Assembly (NCBI GenBank): GCA_947589495.1
Contig: CANQAK010000005.1
Coordinates: 1 to 56,601, forward strand
Source: an uncultured Bacilli bacterium
Lineage (GTDB): Bacteria > Bacillota_I > Bacilli_A > RF39 > UBA660
DNA length: 56,601 nt
Direction: 5' to 3'
A program made the translations under genes and the position numbers. The stretch's first letter is position 1. Every line of letters begins with the position of its first letter. This document shows, piece after piece, positions 11,765-20,211 of this stretch. The notes beneath the pieces are model-generated. The model did not search any database. It saw nothing but the letters and a program-made list of their open reading frames with translations, and had not been told where the DNA came from.

Positions 11765-12388
11765 CTAATTATTTCTGTTAATAATATTTTTTACTTTATT
11801 TTTTATTCTTTGAATTGTATTATCAATTTGTTTACTATTTTTATTTAATATTTTTGCTATTTCTTGATAATTTAAACCTCTTATTTTTAAAACAAAAACT
11901 TCATATTCATTTTTGGTAAGTCTACTTTTTATTAAACTAATTAATTCTTTATAATCTTCTTCTTCTGTAATATTTTTAAGTGGATCATATTCACCTTCAT
12001 CACTTATTATATCCATAAGTCTTGAACCATTTTCAACATAAATAAAATCTAATGAATACATATCTTGAAGATTTCTATATTTATCTCTACTATATTTTCT
12101 TATAATACCAAATATTCTTCTTTCAATACAAACAGTTATAAATGTTGGTAATGATGCATTTCTATCATCTCTATAATTATGTAATGCATCACTAAAACCT
12201 ACACTACATTCACTATAAATTTCTTGATAATCAACATTTAAATTATTTAATTGAGAAGAATGTTTTTTTATTAAAATATTAATTATAAACTTATATTTAG
12301 CATAAAGTAAATTTTTAGCATCTTCATCATTTTCTCTATATAACATTAATAATTCATTATCATTAGTATCAACTGTATAATCTATCAT
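11765..12388 (-). CDS. sigH: RNA polymerase sigma factor, SigH/ComX-like
   Basis: Region 2 (ASLPTFITVCIERRI), region 4 YQEIAKILNKNSKQIDNTIQRIKNKV; follows rlmB as in Bacillota. Confidence 0.8.
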   Translation of the reverse strand: MIDYTVDTNDNELLMLYRENDEDAKNLLYAKYKFIINILIKKHSSQLNNLNVDYQEIYSECSVGFSDALHNYRDDRNASLPTFITVCIERRIFGIIRKYSRDKYRNLQDMYSLDFIYVENGSRLMDIISDEGEYDPLKNITEEEDYKELISLIKSRLTKNEYEVFVLKIRGLNYQEIAKILNKNSKQIDNTIQRIKNKVKNIINRNN

Positions 12389-13047
12389 TTCTTAACCATC
12401 CCATATAAAAGTATACCAGCAGAAGTACTTGCATTTAAGCTATTAATCTTTCCATACATTGGAATACTTATAACAAAATCACTATTATCTAAAACTAATT
12501 TACTTATTCCCTTACCTTCATTACCAATTACTAAAACTTTTTTTGATGCATAATCTATTTGTTGATAATTTTCTCCAATCATATCAGCAGCATATACAAA
12601 ATAACCATCTTTTTTTAATGATTTTAATGCATTAACAATATTATTAACTCTAATTATTTTTACATGTTCAATTGCTCCTGCACTAGTTTTAACAACAGTA
12701 TCTGTAATTCTTACACTTCGATCTTTAGGAATAATAATACTTTTTACTCCTACACATTCACAAGTTCTAATAATTGCTCCAAAATTATGAGGATCTTCTA
12801 AATGATCTAGTACTACTACTAAATTCCCCTCTACATCTTGTAATGAATAATATTCATAATCATCTATATCTATAACAATACCTTGATGATTACCATTAAC
12901 CATTTTTTCTAAAACTTTTTTATCAACAAAATTATATTTTAAATTATTTTTCCCTAAATAATTTATATATTCTTTACTACTAATATAGATTTTTCTAATT
13001 TTATTTTTGTCAATTTCCGTTAAGATGTTTTTTCCATATACTAGCAT
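12385..13047 (-). CDS. rlmB: 23S rRNA Gm2251 2'-O-methyltransferase (SPOUT)
   Basis: NHQG, LDHLEDPHNFGAIIRT, IGNEGKG, IPMYGKINSLNAS; likely start MLVYG at 13047. Confidence 0.92.
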   Translation of the reverse strand: MLVYGKNILTEIDKNKIRKIYISSKEYINYLGKNNLKYNFVDKKVLEKMVNGNHQGIVIDIDDYEYYSLQDVEGNLVVVLDHLEDPHNFGAIIRTCECVGVKSIIIPKDRSVRITDTVVKTSAGAIEHVKIIRVNNIVNALKSLKKDGYFVYAADMIGENYQQIDYASKKVLVIGNEGKGISKLVLDNSDFVISIPMYGKINSLNASTSAGILLYGMVKK

Positions 13048-13141
13048 ATTCTCACCTAGCACTTATTGTATCATATTTTTTCCTACTTGCATAACATTTA
13101 TTTTTTAAGTATATTAATAATAAATTTATCGAGGTGTTTAC

Positions 13142-14062
13142 ATGTTTAAATATAGTTTAGATAATAAAAGATATCACACTCTTAATTATTTTTATAGAAC
13201 AAAATTTAATAGTAAAGTATTTAAAGTACCTATTGATGCCCATTTTAGTTGCCCAAATAAAATAAATAATCATGGTTGTATTTATTGTTATGAAAATAGT
13301 AAAGCTAATATTATTGATAGTAAGGCTTCTATTAAAGAACAATTTTTAAATAATATTAAAGTATTAGAAAAAAAATGGCCAAATAGTTTATATATACCTT
13401 ACTTTCAAGCTGGTACTAATACTTATGCTCCACTTAGTACTTTAAAAAATATTTATGAAGAGTTATTAAATGAACCAAAAGTTGTTGGCCTAGCTATTGC
13501 TACTAGACCTGATACTTTATCTAATGAAATACTTGATTATTTAGAAACATTAAATAAAAAAACATTTTTAACAATTGAGCTAGGCTTACAATCAAGTAAT
13601 AACAATACTTTAAAATTTATTAAAAGAGGACATGATGTTAATACATTTATTAATGCTGTAAAAGAACTTCATAAAAGACATATTTTTGTAGTAGCCCATA
13701 TTATAAATGGGCTACCCTATGAAACAGAAAAAGATATGCTAAATACTATTAAATTATTAAATAATTTAAATATTGATGGTATTAAAATACATATGTTATA
13801 TGTTTCAAAAAATACAGAATTAGCTTCTATATATGAAAAAGAAAAATTTCATATATTAACTAAAGAAGAATATATAGATATTGTTATTAAACAATTAGAA
13901 TTATTAAAACCAGAGGTAGTTATTGAAAGAATTACTGGTGATCCTATCAAAGAAGAATTAATTACTCCAACTTGGTTATTAAAAAAATTTTGTGTATTAA
14001 ATGATATTGATAAAGAAATGGTAAAAAGAAATACCGAACAAGGTATTTCATCTTCCAAATAA
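13142..14062 (+). CDS. Radical SAM protein, YhcC/YtqA (TIGR01212-like) family
   Basis: FSCPN...GCIYC, YFQAGTNTYA, ATRPD, IELGLQS, RGHD, GIKIH, RITGD. Confidence 0.9.
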   Translation: MFKYSLDNKRYHTLNYFYRTKFNSKVFKVPIDAHFSCPNKINNHGCIYCYENSKANIIDSKASIKEQFLNNIKVLEKKWPNSLYIPYFQAGTNTYAPLSTLKNIYEELLNEPKVVGLAIATRPDTLSNEILDYLETLNKKTFLTIELGLQSSNNNTLKFIKRGHDVNTFINAVKELHKRHIFVVAHIINGLPYETEKDMLNTIKLLNNLNIDGIKIHMLYVSKNTELASIYEKEKFHILTKEEYIDIVIKQLELLKPEVVIERITGDPIKEELITPTWLLKKFCVLNDIDKEMVKRNTEQGISSSK

Positions 14063-14093
14063 TTGTTAATAACTTCTTAGTTTTCAACAAAAT

Positions 14094-14156
14094 AAAAGGG
14101 AGGTCGTTACTTCTCCCAGGGTTAAGTTAAGTCTATTTTTACGTCTTCGTTGACGA
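14094..14156. repeat. 63-bp conserved element, copy 1 (3' of cassette-1 surface gene)
   Basis: 61/63 identical to 15799-15861 by manual alignment; contains CGTC-N6-GACG mini-hairpin and GGGAG-N10-CTCCC hairpin followed by U-tract on minus strand. Confidence 0.92.
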
Positions 14157-14168
14157 TTTTTTTATTTG

Positions 14169-15422
14169 TTATGAAACGATGTAAAATGGAGTTCCTATTT
14201 CTCCTGTACCTTCGAGTACCACATCGGACTTCAGATAGAAGACCGGGCGGATAGCATATCCAAGGCTTAAATTGCTGTAGTCAACGGCTCCACTTGGGCC
14301 CACCCACCACGCAGAGAAGGCAGCAGTCCCGGCAGCGTTGTTTCGACCCATACGAGTCATGGTCCATTCGAATCGCTCATCTGTAGATGTTTCTCCTCCA
14401 TTATTACTCATATGTATCCAACTTGTTTTACATTGTGCAGCATCTTGCCTACAACTCGATTCTGATCCTGTTCCACTTAATGCATATGCATAATCATGTA
14501 TATACATTAATCCTATTGGTTTTGATTCTGTCTTTTTTTCCCATTTTTTATCTGTTACTTCTTTTCCAGTTATTGGATCAATATATTTTGTATTTGCTTG
14601 ACCTGTTTCTATTTTATATACTGTCTCTGTTGGTATATTTGAATTTATATAACCATAACTTATATCTCCATATAACCATTGTTGTGGTTCTATTTTATTT
14701 TGTATACTACTATCTAATGTATTATAGTATGTATTATTTAATGTGCTAAATATTGTACTTTCTGGCCACTCTTTGTTTGTTGAATAATTATCCCACCATT
14801 GATGTGTACTTTCATATCTTGTTTGTTTTATTACTTTGATATTTCCTTCTTCTGTTATTCCTATGATTCGATACATGTTTTCATCTGTTCCACTACTAGT
14901 TGCATTACATCCATTTAGTCCCACTTCATTCAAACATATATAATTTTTTACTTTATTTCCTTTTAATTCATCTACACCTTGGTAACGGTACATTCCTCCA
15001 ATTGGTTCATCACTTAAACTTTCATCATTTGTTCTTGAATCTATTAATTCTTGTGGATTCTCTGGTGTTTTTTTATCAAAATATAAATAACAGTATGATG
15101 TTTTATTTGTACTTACTGTTATTTTATCACTTTCATATGTTAAACTATTTTCTATTTTTTCTCCATTATTATCCATACATCCTGACTTTTCTGTATTTAA
15201 CTTATAATCATTTCCTGGAAATATTGATTGTTCTTTATATTCTCCATCTTCCCCTTTTACCATAATAGCAAACATATTATTTTTTTCAACATCTTTTAAG
15301 CTAACTGTATCCAATGTTGCATTTACCGATTTATTCTTGCTTATAAAAACTATACTTGTTGTTAATAATAATATTAGAATTAATAATGTAATAGTTATTT
15401 TCTTATTCATATTTTTATCCAT
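14169..15422 (-). CDS. Membrane-anchored surface protein with one C-terminal CLec-like domain; putative DGR target
   Basis: N-terminal hydrophobic anchor (start may be 15410), 2-Cys adaptor GCMD...SYCYLYFD, domain ending EWTMTR...W.V...AIRPVFYL...GTG...PFYI. Confidence 0.8.
   Translation of the reverse strand: MDKNMNKKITITLLILILLLTTSIVFISKNKSVNATLDTVSLKDVEKNNMFAIMVKGEDGEYKEQSIFPGNDYKLNTEKSGCMDNNGEKIENSLTYESDKITVSTNKTSYCYLYFDKKTPENPQELIDSRTNDESLSDEPIGGMYRYQGVDELKGNKVKNYICLNEVGLNGCNATSSGTDENMYRIIGITEEGNIKVIKQTRYESTHQWWDNYSTNKEWPESTIFSTLNNTYYNTLDSSIQNKIEPQQWLYGDISYGYINSNIPTETVYKIETGQANTKYIDPITGKEVTDKKWEKKTESKPIGLMYIHDYAYALSGTGSESSCRQDAAQCKTSWIHMSNNGGETSTDERFEWTMTRMGRNNAAGTAAFSAWWVGPSGAVDYSNLSLGYAIRPVFYLKSDVVLEGTGEIGTPFYIVS
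14232..14369 (-). other. DGR-type variable region VR-A
   Basis: About 54% GC over 14221-14380 (manual count) in an AT-rich gene; aligns with VR-B1/VR-B2 plus one extra codon. Confidence 0.72.
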
Positions 15423-15433
15423 CCTATATGTCC

Positions 15434-15510
15434 ATAGGTAATATTTACCTATACAACAATTACATTATAGGCAAATTATGCCTAAAAGTCAATAGGTAAA
15501 ATATAACTAT
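15434..15510. promoter_or_regulatory. Three operator palindromes ATAGGYAA-N3-(TTACCTAT-like) in cassette-1 divergent control region
   Basis: 15434-15452 ATAGGTAAtatTTACCTAT (perfect), 15467-15485 ATAGGCAAattATGCCTAA, 15492-15510 ATAGGTAAaatATAACTAT. Confidence 0.8.
15464..15492 (-). promoter_or_regulatory. Sigma-A promoter of cassette-1 surface gene
   Basis: TTGACT (15492-15487), 17 bp, TATAAT (15469-15464). Confidence 0.8.
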
Positions 15511-15534
15511 ATTAAAATGGTGTTGGTGTTATAA

Positions 15535-15762
15535 ATGAATAGATTAAAAGAGATTCGAGAAGACAAAGATTTATTTCAAAAAGATATAGCAGAATATCTA
15601 AATGTTGATCAATCTAATTACAGTAAATATGAATTAGAAAAAATTAACATTCCCATTTCTATACTTATAAAATTAGCAGATTTTTATAATACAAGTGTTG
15701 ATTATTTAGTATATAGAACTGATGATAGAAAACCTTATCCTAAAAGTAAATTATCTAAATGA
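15535..15762 (+). CDS. Small XRE-family HTH regulator (cassette 1)
   Basis: RLKEIRED..QKDIAEYLNVDQSNYSKYE..LADFYNTSVDYL. Confidence 0.93.
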   Translation: MNRLKEIREDKDLFQKDIAEYLNVDQSNYSKYELEKINIPISILIKLADFYNTSVDYLVYRTDDRKPYPKSKLSK

Positions 15763-15766
15763 GATT

Positions 15767-15790
15767 CTACCAAATATGGTAGTTTTTTTT
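15767..15790 (+). terminator. Intrinsic terminator of XRE-1
   Basis: CTACCA-AATA-TGGTAG followed by T8. Confidence 0.8.
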
Positions 15791-15798
15791 ACAAACAA

Positions 15799-15861
15799 AA
15801 AAGGGAGGTCGTTACTTCTCCCAGGGTTAAGTTAAATCTATTTTAACGTCTTCGTTGACGA
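15799..15861. repeat. 63-bp conserved element, copy 2 (3' of cassette-2 surface gene)
   Basis: 61/63 identical to 14094-14156; same position relative to the stop codon. Confidence 0.92.
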
Positions 15862-15880
15862 GTTTTTATTTGTTTTATTA

Positions 15881-18028
15881 TCAATTTGCTATGTAGAATG
15901 GTTCTAACGTTGTTCCTTTTCCTTTTAATTTAATATCATTTGTTAGATAGAAGACGGGACGAACAGCAACCTTACGTTCTAAGGTGCTGGTGTCGACACG
16001 ACCGTCTACATACACAAACCACGCATCGAAGAAATTAAGGGAGTCATTACGCCGACCCACACGCGACATGGTCCATTCATAATCTGATGTATTTCCATTT
16101 TGGTACATATGCATCCAGCCACTATCTCTACATTTATTATATGAATCTGCTCCTTTAGAATTATGGCAACCATCTTGGTTTGCTTGATAATAATAATCAT
16201 GTAAGTACATTAATCCTATATTGGCTTCTTTTGTATTTGTCCATTTCTCTCCTGTTACTTCTTTCTTATCAGATGTTGTTGGTCCATAGTATTTGGTATT
16301 CATGTCTCCACTTTCTACTTGATATATTTGATTTGCTGTTAATGTTCCTACAAAATTATAATGCATATCTCCATAATACCAGTTCCATTTTTGTATTTTT
16401 CCTTGTATTTCACTATCTAGTGTTTTATAAAATGTTTCATTTAAAGTTGTATATACATCACTTCGAGGCCATTCTGGACATCCACTACTTCCACAATAAG
16501 AATCATCATAACGTCCGCTCCATGCATATGTACTTGTTCCGTTGTTCGTAAATTTTGTTTGCTTTATTACTTTGATATTTCCTTCTGGAGTTATTCCTAT
16601 GATTCGGTACATATTGTCATCATAACCATTATTTTTTGCATCACATCCATTTGTTCCTACTTCTTTTAAGCATATATAGTTTTTTACTTTATTTTCTTTT
16701 AATTCATCTGCTCCTTGGTAACGGTACATTCCTCCAACTAAAGTTTTACTTAACGCATCTGTAGTATCTTCTAATCTTAATGTATTTTCTTGATCTGTTG
16801 GTATTACTTCTGTTAATGTATATGGATCTTCTACTGTTCCACTTCCATATAATGTTATATTACTTTTTAAATAGAATACTGGGCGAAGCGCAATAGCACC
16901 TACCAAGGAGCCGTTGGTGATTTCACCGTCCGTATCCACATACCATCTCCAGAAGAGAACAGAGTTATAATTACCCCGACCAACACGCGTCATGGTCTGT
17001 TCTCTTGCCTCATTTCCAGATGTTGTTATTCCATTATTTTTTATGTGCATCCAACCATTATCTTTACATTTTTGATACGAATCTTTTCCTTTTGCATAAT
17101 GACAACCATCTTCGTTTGCTTGATAATAGTAATCATGTAAATATATTAATCCTATATTAGCTTTTTCATTCATTTGAGTCCAGCTTTCATTTGTTACTTC
17201 TGCTGTATTACTTGATTTATGTCCATAGTATTTTGTATTTTTTGCTCCTGTTTCTACTTGGTATATTTCATTTGCACTTAATGTCCCTACAAAATCATAA
17301 TGCATATCTCCATACCACCAGTTTTGTGGTTCTATTTTATTTTTTATTTCTTCATTTAATGAATTGTAAAATGTGGTATTTAATGTTGTATATAATTCAC
17401 TTTCTGGCCATTCTGGACAACCATCTGTTCCACATGTTGAATCGCTATCATTTGAGTTCCATGCATAATTTCCTATACTTGTTTGTTTCATGACTTTTAT
17501 ATTTCCATTCTCTGTGATTCCTATAATCCTATACATTTCATCACTTTGACTTGAACATTTTCCTTCGAAACATAAATAGTTATCTACATCTGGTCCTTGG
17601 TAACGATACATACCTCCTACAGGATTAATACTTAATCCACTGCTCTTTTTTAATTGTTCTATTAATTCTTTTGCATTATTCTTATCAAAATATAAATAAC
17701 AATATGATGTTTTATTTGTAGTAAGAGTTACTTTGTTACTATCTGAATCATATGTTAAGCTGTTTTCTATTTTTTCTCCATTATTATCCATACATCCAGA
17801 TAATTTTTCATTATAGAAATAATCTTCAGGCCATTCATTAGAGTTACTTACTTCATATTCTCCACTATCATTTTGAAGCATTATTGCAAACATATTATTT
17901 TTTTCTACTTCTTTTAAACTAACTGTATCTAATGTTGCATTTACCGATTTATTTTTTCTTATAAAAACTATACTTGTTGTTAATATTAATAATAAAATTA
18001 TTGTTGTAATAAATATTTTCTTTTTCAT
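15881..18028 (-). CDS. Membrane-anchored surface protein with two tandem CLec-like domains; putative DGR target
   Basis: Start MKKKIF at 18028 (the ORF-track start lies inside the promoter); N-terminus nearly identical to the 14169 gene; two GGMYRYQG...RPVFYL domains. Confidence 0.8.
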   Translation of the reverse strand: MKKKIFITTIILLLILTTSIVFIRKNKSVNATLDTVSLKEVEKNNMFAIMLQNDSGEYEVSNSNEWPEDYFYNEKLSGCMDNNGEKIENSLTYDSDSNKVTLTTNKTSYCYLYFDKNNAKELIEQLKKSSGLSINPVGGMYRYQGPDVDNYLCFEGKCSSQSDEMYRIIGITENGNIKVMKQTSIGNYAWNSNDSDSTCGTDGCPEWPESELYTTLNTTFYNSLNEEIKNKIEPQNWWYGDMHYDFVGTLSANEIYQVETGAKNTKYYGHKSSNTAEVTNESWTQMNEKANIGLIYLHDYYYQANEDGCHYAKGKDSYQKCKDNGWMHIKNNGITTSGNEAREQTMTRVGRGNYNSVLFWRWYVDTDGEITNGSLVGAIALRPVFYLKSNITLYGSGTVEDPYTLTEVIPTDQENTLRLEDTTDALSKTLVGGMYRYQGADELKENKVKNYICLKEVGTNGCDAKNNGYDDNMYRIIGITPEGNIKVIKQTKFTNNGTSTYAWSGRYDDSYCGSSGCPEWPRSDVYTTLNETFYKTLDSEIQGKIQKWNWYYGDMHYNFVGTLTANQIYQVESGDMNTKYYGPTTSDKKEVTGEKWTNTKEANIGLMYLHDYYYQANQDGCHNSKGADSYNKCRDSGWMHMYQNGNTSDYEWTMSRVGRRNDSLNFFDAWFVYVDGRVDTSTLERKVAVRPVFYLTNDIKLKGKGTTLEPFYIAN
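15944..16078 (-). other. DGR-type variable region VR-B2 (C-terminal)
   Basis: GC-rich 45-codon block GAA TGG ACC ATG...CGT CCC GTC TTC TAT CTA; NNC/NNT variable codons. Confidence 0.78.
16868..17002 (-). other. DGR-type variable region VR-B1 (internal domain)
   Basis: GC-rich 45-codon block colinear with VR-B2; differences concentrated at codon positions 1-2. Confidence 0.75.
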
Positions 18029-18048
18029 ATTTGACTTTCCAATCTTAT

Positions 18049-18125
18049 ATACAATAGATATTTTGTATCTTAAGTTGATTATACAAAACTTATTTTGTAT
18101 TGTCAATACAAAGCTTTAGTTGTAT
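18049..18125. promoter_or_regulatory. Three operator palindromes ATACAA-N8-TTGTAT in cassette-2 divergent control region
   Basis: 18049-18068, 18081-18100 (ATACAAAActtaTTTTGTAT), 18106-18125; all three have exact ATACAA/TTGTAT arms. Confidence 0.85.
18078..18106 (-). promoter_or_regulatory. Sigma-A promoter of cassette-2 surface gene
   Basis: Perfect TTGACA (18106-18101), 17 bp, TATAAT (18083-18078). Confidence 0.85.
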
Positions 18126-18151
18126 GAGAATTTTTGTTAAAGGTGATATTT

Positions 18152-18385
18152 ATGAATATTAATAGAATAAAAGAAATAAGAGAAGATAGAGATCTATATC
18201 AAAAAGATGTTGCTAATGCTTTAAAAATAAAACAACAACAATACTCAGAGTATGAAATAGGTAAAAGGCTAATTCCAATTAATTATTTAAGTGATTTAGC
18301 TGATTTTTATGATGTATCAATAGATTACTTATTAGGTAAAACTGATGAAAGAAAGCCTTATCCAAAAAGTAAATTAATGAAATAA
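18152..18385 (+). CDS. Small XRE-family HTH regulator (cassette 2), paralog of 15535
   Basis: RBS AAGGTG; RIKEIRED..QKDVANALKIKQQQYSEYE..LADFYDVSIDYL..RKPYPKSKL. Confidence 0.93.
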   Translation: MNINRIKEIREDRDLYQKDVANALKIKQQQYSEYEIGKRLIPINYLSDLADFYDVSIDYLLGKTDERKPYPKSKLMK

Positions 18386-18405
18386 AATGTAAAAGGAAGA
18401 AGTTT

Positions 18406-20211
18406 TTAAGCTTCTTCCATTTTTTCAAATTGACTATTATATAATTCAGCATATTTACCATTAAGTTTTAATAATTCTTCATGAGAACCTTGTTCTACTA
18501 TATTACCTTCTTGCATCATTAATATTAAATCAGCATTTTTAATAGTGGATAATCTATGAGCAATAATAAATGATGTTCTTCCTTCAGTTAATTTATCCAT
18601 CGCTTTTTGAACTAATTCTTCTGTTCTTGTATCAACACTACTAGTGGCTTCATCTAAAATTAAGAAAGGGGCATCTTTAACCATACCACGAGCAATAGTT
18701 AACAATTGTTTTTGTCCTGAAGATAATGTTTCATTATCACTAAGTATTGTATTATAACCTTTAGATAAAGATTTAATATAATGATGTAATCCCACTATCT
18801 TACATACTTTTTCTATTTCTTCATCAGTAATATTACTTTTATTATATTTAATATTTTCTTTTATAGTACCTTCAAAAACCCATGTATCTTGTAATACCAT
18901 AATAAATAAATCATGAATATTTTTTCTAGTTAAATTTTTAGTAGATACACCATCAATTTTAATATCACCATCTACTATATCATAGAATTTCATTAACAAG
19001 TTAACCATTGTTGTTTTACCAGCTCCCGTTGGTCCTACTATGGCTATTTTATCCCCTGGATTAACTTTAACATTAAAATCTTTAATTATTGTTTTATCTT
19101 TATCATAACCAAATTTAACATGTTCAAAAACAATTTCTCCTTTAACATTATTTTTGTTTAGTGACTCTTTGATTCCATCTTCACTACTCATTTCTTCTTC
19201 ATCTAAAAATTCAAATACTCTTTCAGATGCAGCAGCACAAGATTGAAGACTTGATAAAGATTGAGCAATTTGTGATAAAGGTTGAGTAAATAAACGAATA
19301 TATAACATAAATGCTACTATTACACCAAAATCAATAATATTGTTCATAGTTAGTAGAGCTCCTACTACACATACACAAACATAACCAAAGTTACCAATAA
19401 ATCCCATAAATGGATGCATTAACCCTGATAAAAATTGTCCTTTTCTTACATCATCAAATATTTTATCATTAACATTATCAAAAACTTCTTCAGCTTCTGT
19501 AATACCATTATAAACTCTTACTATATTGTGTCCAGAATACATCTCTTCAATATGACCATTAAGTTCACCAATTTCATCTTGTAATCTATCAAAATATTTT
19601 TGACTTTTACTAATAACAAAAATCATAAAAGCAAACCCAATTAAACTAGAAAGTATTGCAGTAAGTGCCATAATACCATTAGTTATAAACATCATAAATA
19701 CTGATCCGATTAAAAGAGTTATGGCACTTACTAACGTACCTAAACTTTGATTTAATGTCATACTTAAAGTATCAACATCATTCGTTACTCTTGATAAAAT
19801 ATCTCCATAACTATTTTTATCAAAATATTTTAAAGGCATATTATTAATTTTTTCACTAATTTCTTTTCTTAATTGTTTAGAAAACTTATTAGTAACTACA
19901 GCCATAATAAATTGTTGTAAATAACCAAAGATAGCACTTACAATATACATTATTAATAATATTAAACTAATTTGTTTAATTTTAGTCATATTTATACCAT
20001 TAAATAATCCTTCAGTAATTAAATTAGTTATTTCTTTTAATTTATCAGGACCTATTATTGATAAAATAGAACTAATCATCGCAAGAATAACCGCTACTAA
20101 AACAGGAATAAAATAAGGTTTACAATAATTTATTAATGTTTTCATAGACTTTTTAAAGTCTTTAGCTTTTTCATTATTTTGTCCTGGCCCTCTTCTTCTA
20201 CCATGGTTCAT
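18406..20211 (-). CDS. Heterodimeric ABC exporter subunit (consensus NBD)
   Basis: TMD plus GPTGAGKT, LSSGQKQ, LILDEATS, IAHRLST. Confidence 0.95.
   Translation of the reverse strand: MNHGRRRGPGQNNEKAKDFKKSMKTLINYCKPYFIPVLVAVILAMISSILSIIGPDKLKEITNLITEGLFNGINMTKIKQISLILLIMYIVSAIFGYLQQFIMAVVTNKFSKQLRKEISEKINNMPLKYFDKNSYGDILSRVTNDVDTLSMTLNQSLGTLVSAITLLIGSVFMMFITNGIMALTAILSSLIGFAFMIFVISKSQKYFDRLQDEIGELNGHIEEMYSGHNIVRVYNGITEAEEVFDNVNDKIFDDVRKGQFLSGLMHPFMGFIGNFGYVCVCVVGALLTMNNIIDFGVIVAFMLYIRLFTQPLSQIAQSLSSLQSCAAASERVFEFLDEEEMSSEDGIKESLNKNNVKGEIVFEHVKFGYDKDKTIIKDFNVKVNPGDKIAIVGPTGAGKTTMVNLLMKFYDIVDGDIKIDGVSTKNLTRKNIHDLFIMVLQDTWVFEGTIKENIKYNKSNITDEEIEKVCKIVGLHHYIKSLSKGYNTILSDNETLSSGQKQLLTIARGMVKDAPFLILDEATSSVDTRTEELVQKAMDKLTEGRTSFIIAHRLSTIKNADLILMMQEGNIVEQGSHEELLKLNGKYAELYNSQFEKMEEA

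Noticed and set aside
14094-15861. 63-bp repeats as integron attC sites or CRISPR repeats
   Set aside because: Only two copies 1.7 kb apart, no convincing RYYYAAC/GTTRRRY ends, and no integrase or cas gene nearby.
18029-18151. ORF-track N-terminal extensions of the 741-aa gene (to 18106) and XRE-2 (from 18134)
   Set aside because: The 18106 start lies in the promoter/operator region; paralog alignment and RBS position support 18028 and 18152.
14169-18385. Prophage remnant suggested by CI/Cro-like XREs and triple operators
   Set aside because: No integrase, structural, replication or lysis-module genes, and the regulated genes are membrane-anchored cell-surface proteins.
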